Assembly (NCBI GenBank): GCA_963827165.1
Contig: CAWGZR010000006.1
Location: 1-64,000 of the forward strand
Reading direction: 5' to 3'
From: Candidatus Bathyarchaeota archaeon
GTDB taxonomy: Archaea > Thermoproteota > Bathyarchaeia > Bathyarchaeales > Bathycorpusculaceae
Length of the DNA stretch: 64,000 bases
Position 1 is the first letter of the stretch. Each line of letters opens with the position of its first letter. This document shows positions 62,922 through 64,000 of the stretch, one piece after another. The notes below the pieces were generated by a model. The model saw nothing but the letters and a program-made list of their open reading frames with translations, searched no databases and had not been told where the DNA came from. A program made the position numbers and the translations under genes.

Positions 62922-64000
62922 TTATTGCTGCACTGATTCTGAGTTAAGAGATCGCGTTTGACTTTTACTGATTTTTTCCATTAAAGCCAAGGGGATCTCT
63001 AGTATTTTGGAGATTACTCCTGAACTGGAAAAAATATTCCTAAGATTATTAATGTCTTCTCGACTTATTGCCCCTGAGAGCGGGGTAACAATTAAAAAGA
63101 CCCCGAAAAATAGAGCAAGACCAGTTAAAAGTTGAACCCAATAAGCCATGTCGAGAAAATGCAAAAAGACGAAAGCAACCGCGGCCGCAATTAACGACGA
63201 TAGAAAAATTTTTGCGGAAGATTTAAAATCTATTACGGTTTCGTATTTTTTCCATATCCAAAATAATCCGATAAACATGCTAGGTAAGCCGTCAGTTAGT
63301 GAGACTATTATCACGCCGATTATACCCAACTCGGGAATTAAAATAAATGCTAATGGGATGCCTATCAAAATGTTCAACAAGTTTAGTTTCATATAAAATT
63401 TGGTTTCGCCCAATGCAGGAATTAGACTATACATGCTCAAGTTCCCGAAAACAGTATACAGGTAACCCGCAACGCTTAGACTTAGAAGGGGAGCAGCATA
63501 ACTCCATTTGTCTCCGTAAAGTGTGCCAATAAGTGATTTTGACAGTACGATACCTGCTAAGGTCACAGGAATTAACAAAATCGCTGTGTATTTCGCAGAT
63601 GAGGCAAAAATTGTTTTAAGCAGCTTCCTTTCTTTTTCTGGATTTATTTTTGAGAAAGCTGGGAACATGACAGTCGATATAGGAATTGAGAAGAAGGTCA
63701 CAAAGACCGCAAAGTTTGTTGCAATTCTATAATTGCCTATTATTGAAGCGCTACAAAAGATAGCCATCATGAAAGAATAAAACTGAGTGAGTATTCCGGC
63801 AATTATGGTAGAAATAGCAAGTGGAATTCCAAATTTTAACATTGGTTTAAGCGTTTGAAATAGATCAAACTTGAAAGCAAATTGAGAGTCGAGTCTTCTG
63901 AAAATAGCAAAATAAAGCAGAAAAACCGAAATCACGGCGGATGCGACTGATCCAATCGTGTAGCCTGTTGCGGCACCCACGGCTCCAAACCCAAAATAAA
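62922..64000 (-). CDS. Oligosaccharide flippase (Wzx/MOP family), 5' part outside the window
   Basis: Multi-TM protein with MLKFGIPL, IGNY.IA, MFPAFSK, LYG..W..A, LIP.LGIIG. Confidence 0.85.
   Translation of the reverse strand, partial: YFGFGAVGAATGYTIGSVASAVISVFLLYFAIFRRLDSQFAFKFDLFQTLKPMLKFGIPLAISTIIAGILTQFYSFMMAIFCSASIIGNYRIATNFAVFVTFFSIPISTVMFPAFSKINPEKERKLLKTIFASSAKYTAILLIPVTLAGIVLSKSLIGTLYGDKWSYAAPLLSLSVAGYLYTVFGNLSMYSLIPALGETKFYMKLNLLNILIGIPLAFILIPELGIIGVIIVSLTDGLPSMFIGLFWIWKKYETVIDFKSSAKIFLSSLIAAAVAFVFLHFLDMAYWVQLLTGLALFFGVFLIVTPLSGAISREDINNLRNIFSSSGVISKILEIPLALMEKISKSQTRSLNSESVQQ

Overview
Archaeal chromosomal DNA, most likely Bathyarchaeia (inferred from BHB-type tRNA introns, Trm1, a JAMM protease, archaeal-type PGK, DUF5752-like domains and membrane-anchored Ig/PQQ surface proteins). 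Three zones. (1) 1-26.2 kb: a mosaic carbohydrate island with a nearly complete glycogen-to-pyruvate/lactate pathway, much of it bacterial-type (GlgP, PfkA, PGI, class I GAPDH), plus stress genes and a P3A H+-ATPase whose C-terminus carries a ~80%-identical copy of a stand-alone DUF5752-like protein encoded in the same island. The island ends at the 3' end of tRNA-Val. (2) 26.3-47 kb: housekeeping and accessory genes with four tRNAs, one a two-intron tRNA-Tyr. (3) 47-64 kb: a cell-surface/glycan locus. Unexplained non-coding structure: at least four copies of a dispersed element with a conserved ~60-bp anchor attached to a copy-specific, helically phased 10-bp tandem array; GCGCGC motifs between island genes; and a RAPP-motif micro-ORF upstream of aspartate kinase. 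Several genes have single-base frameshifts that look like sequencing errors. No rRNA, CRISPR array, integrase or transposase was seen. All family assignments come from motif recognition, not database searches.
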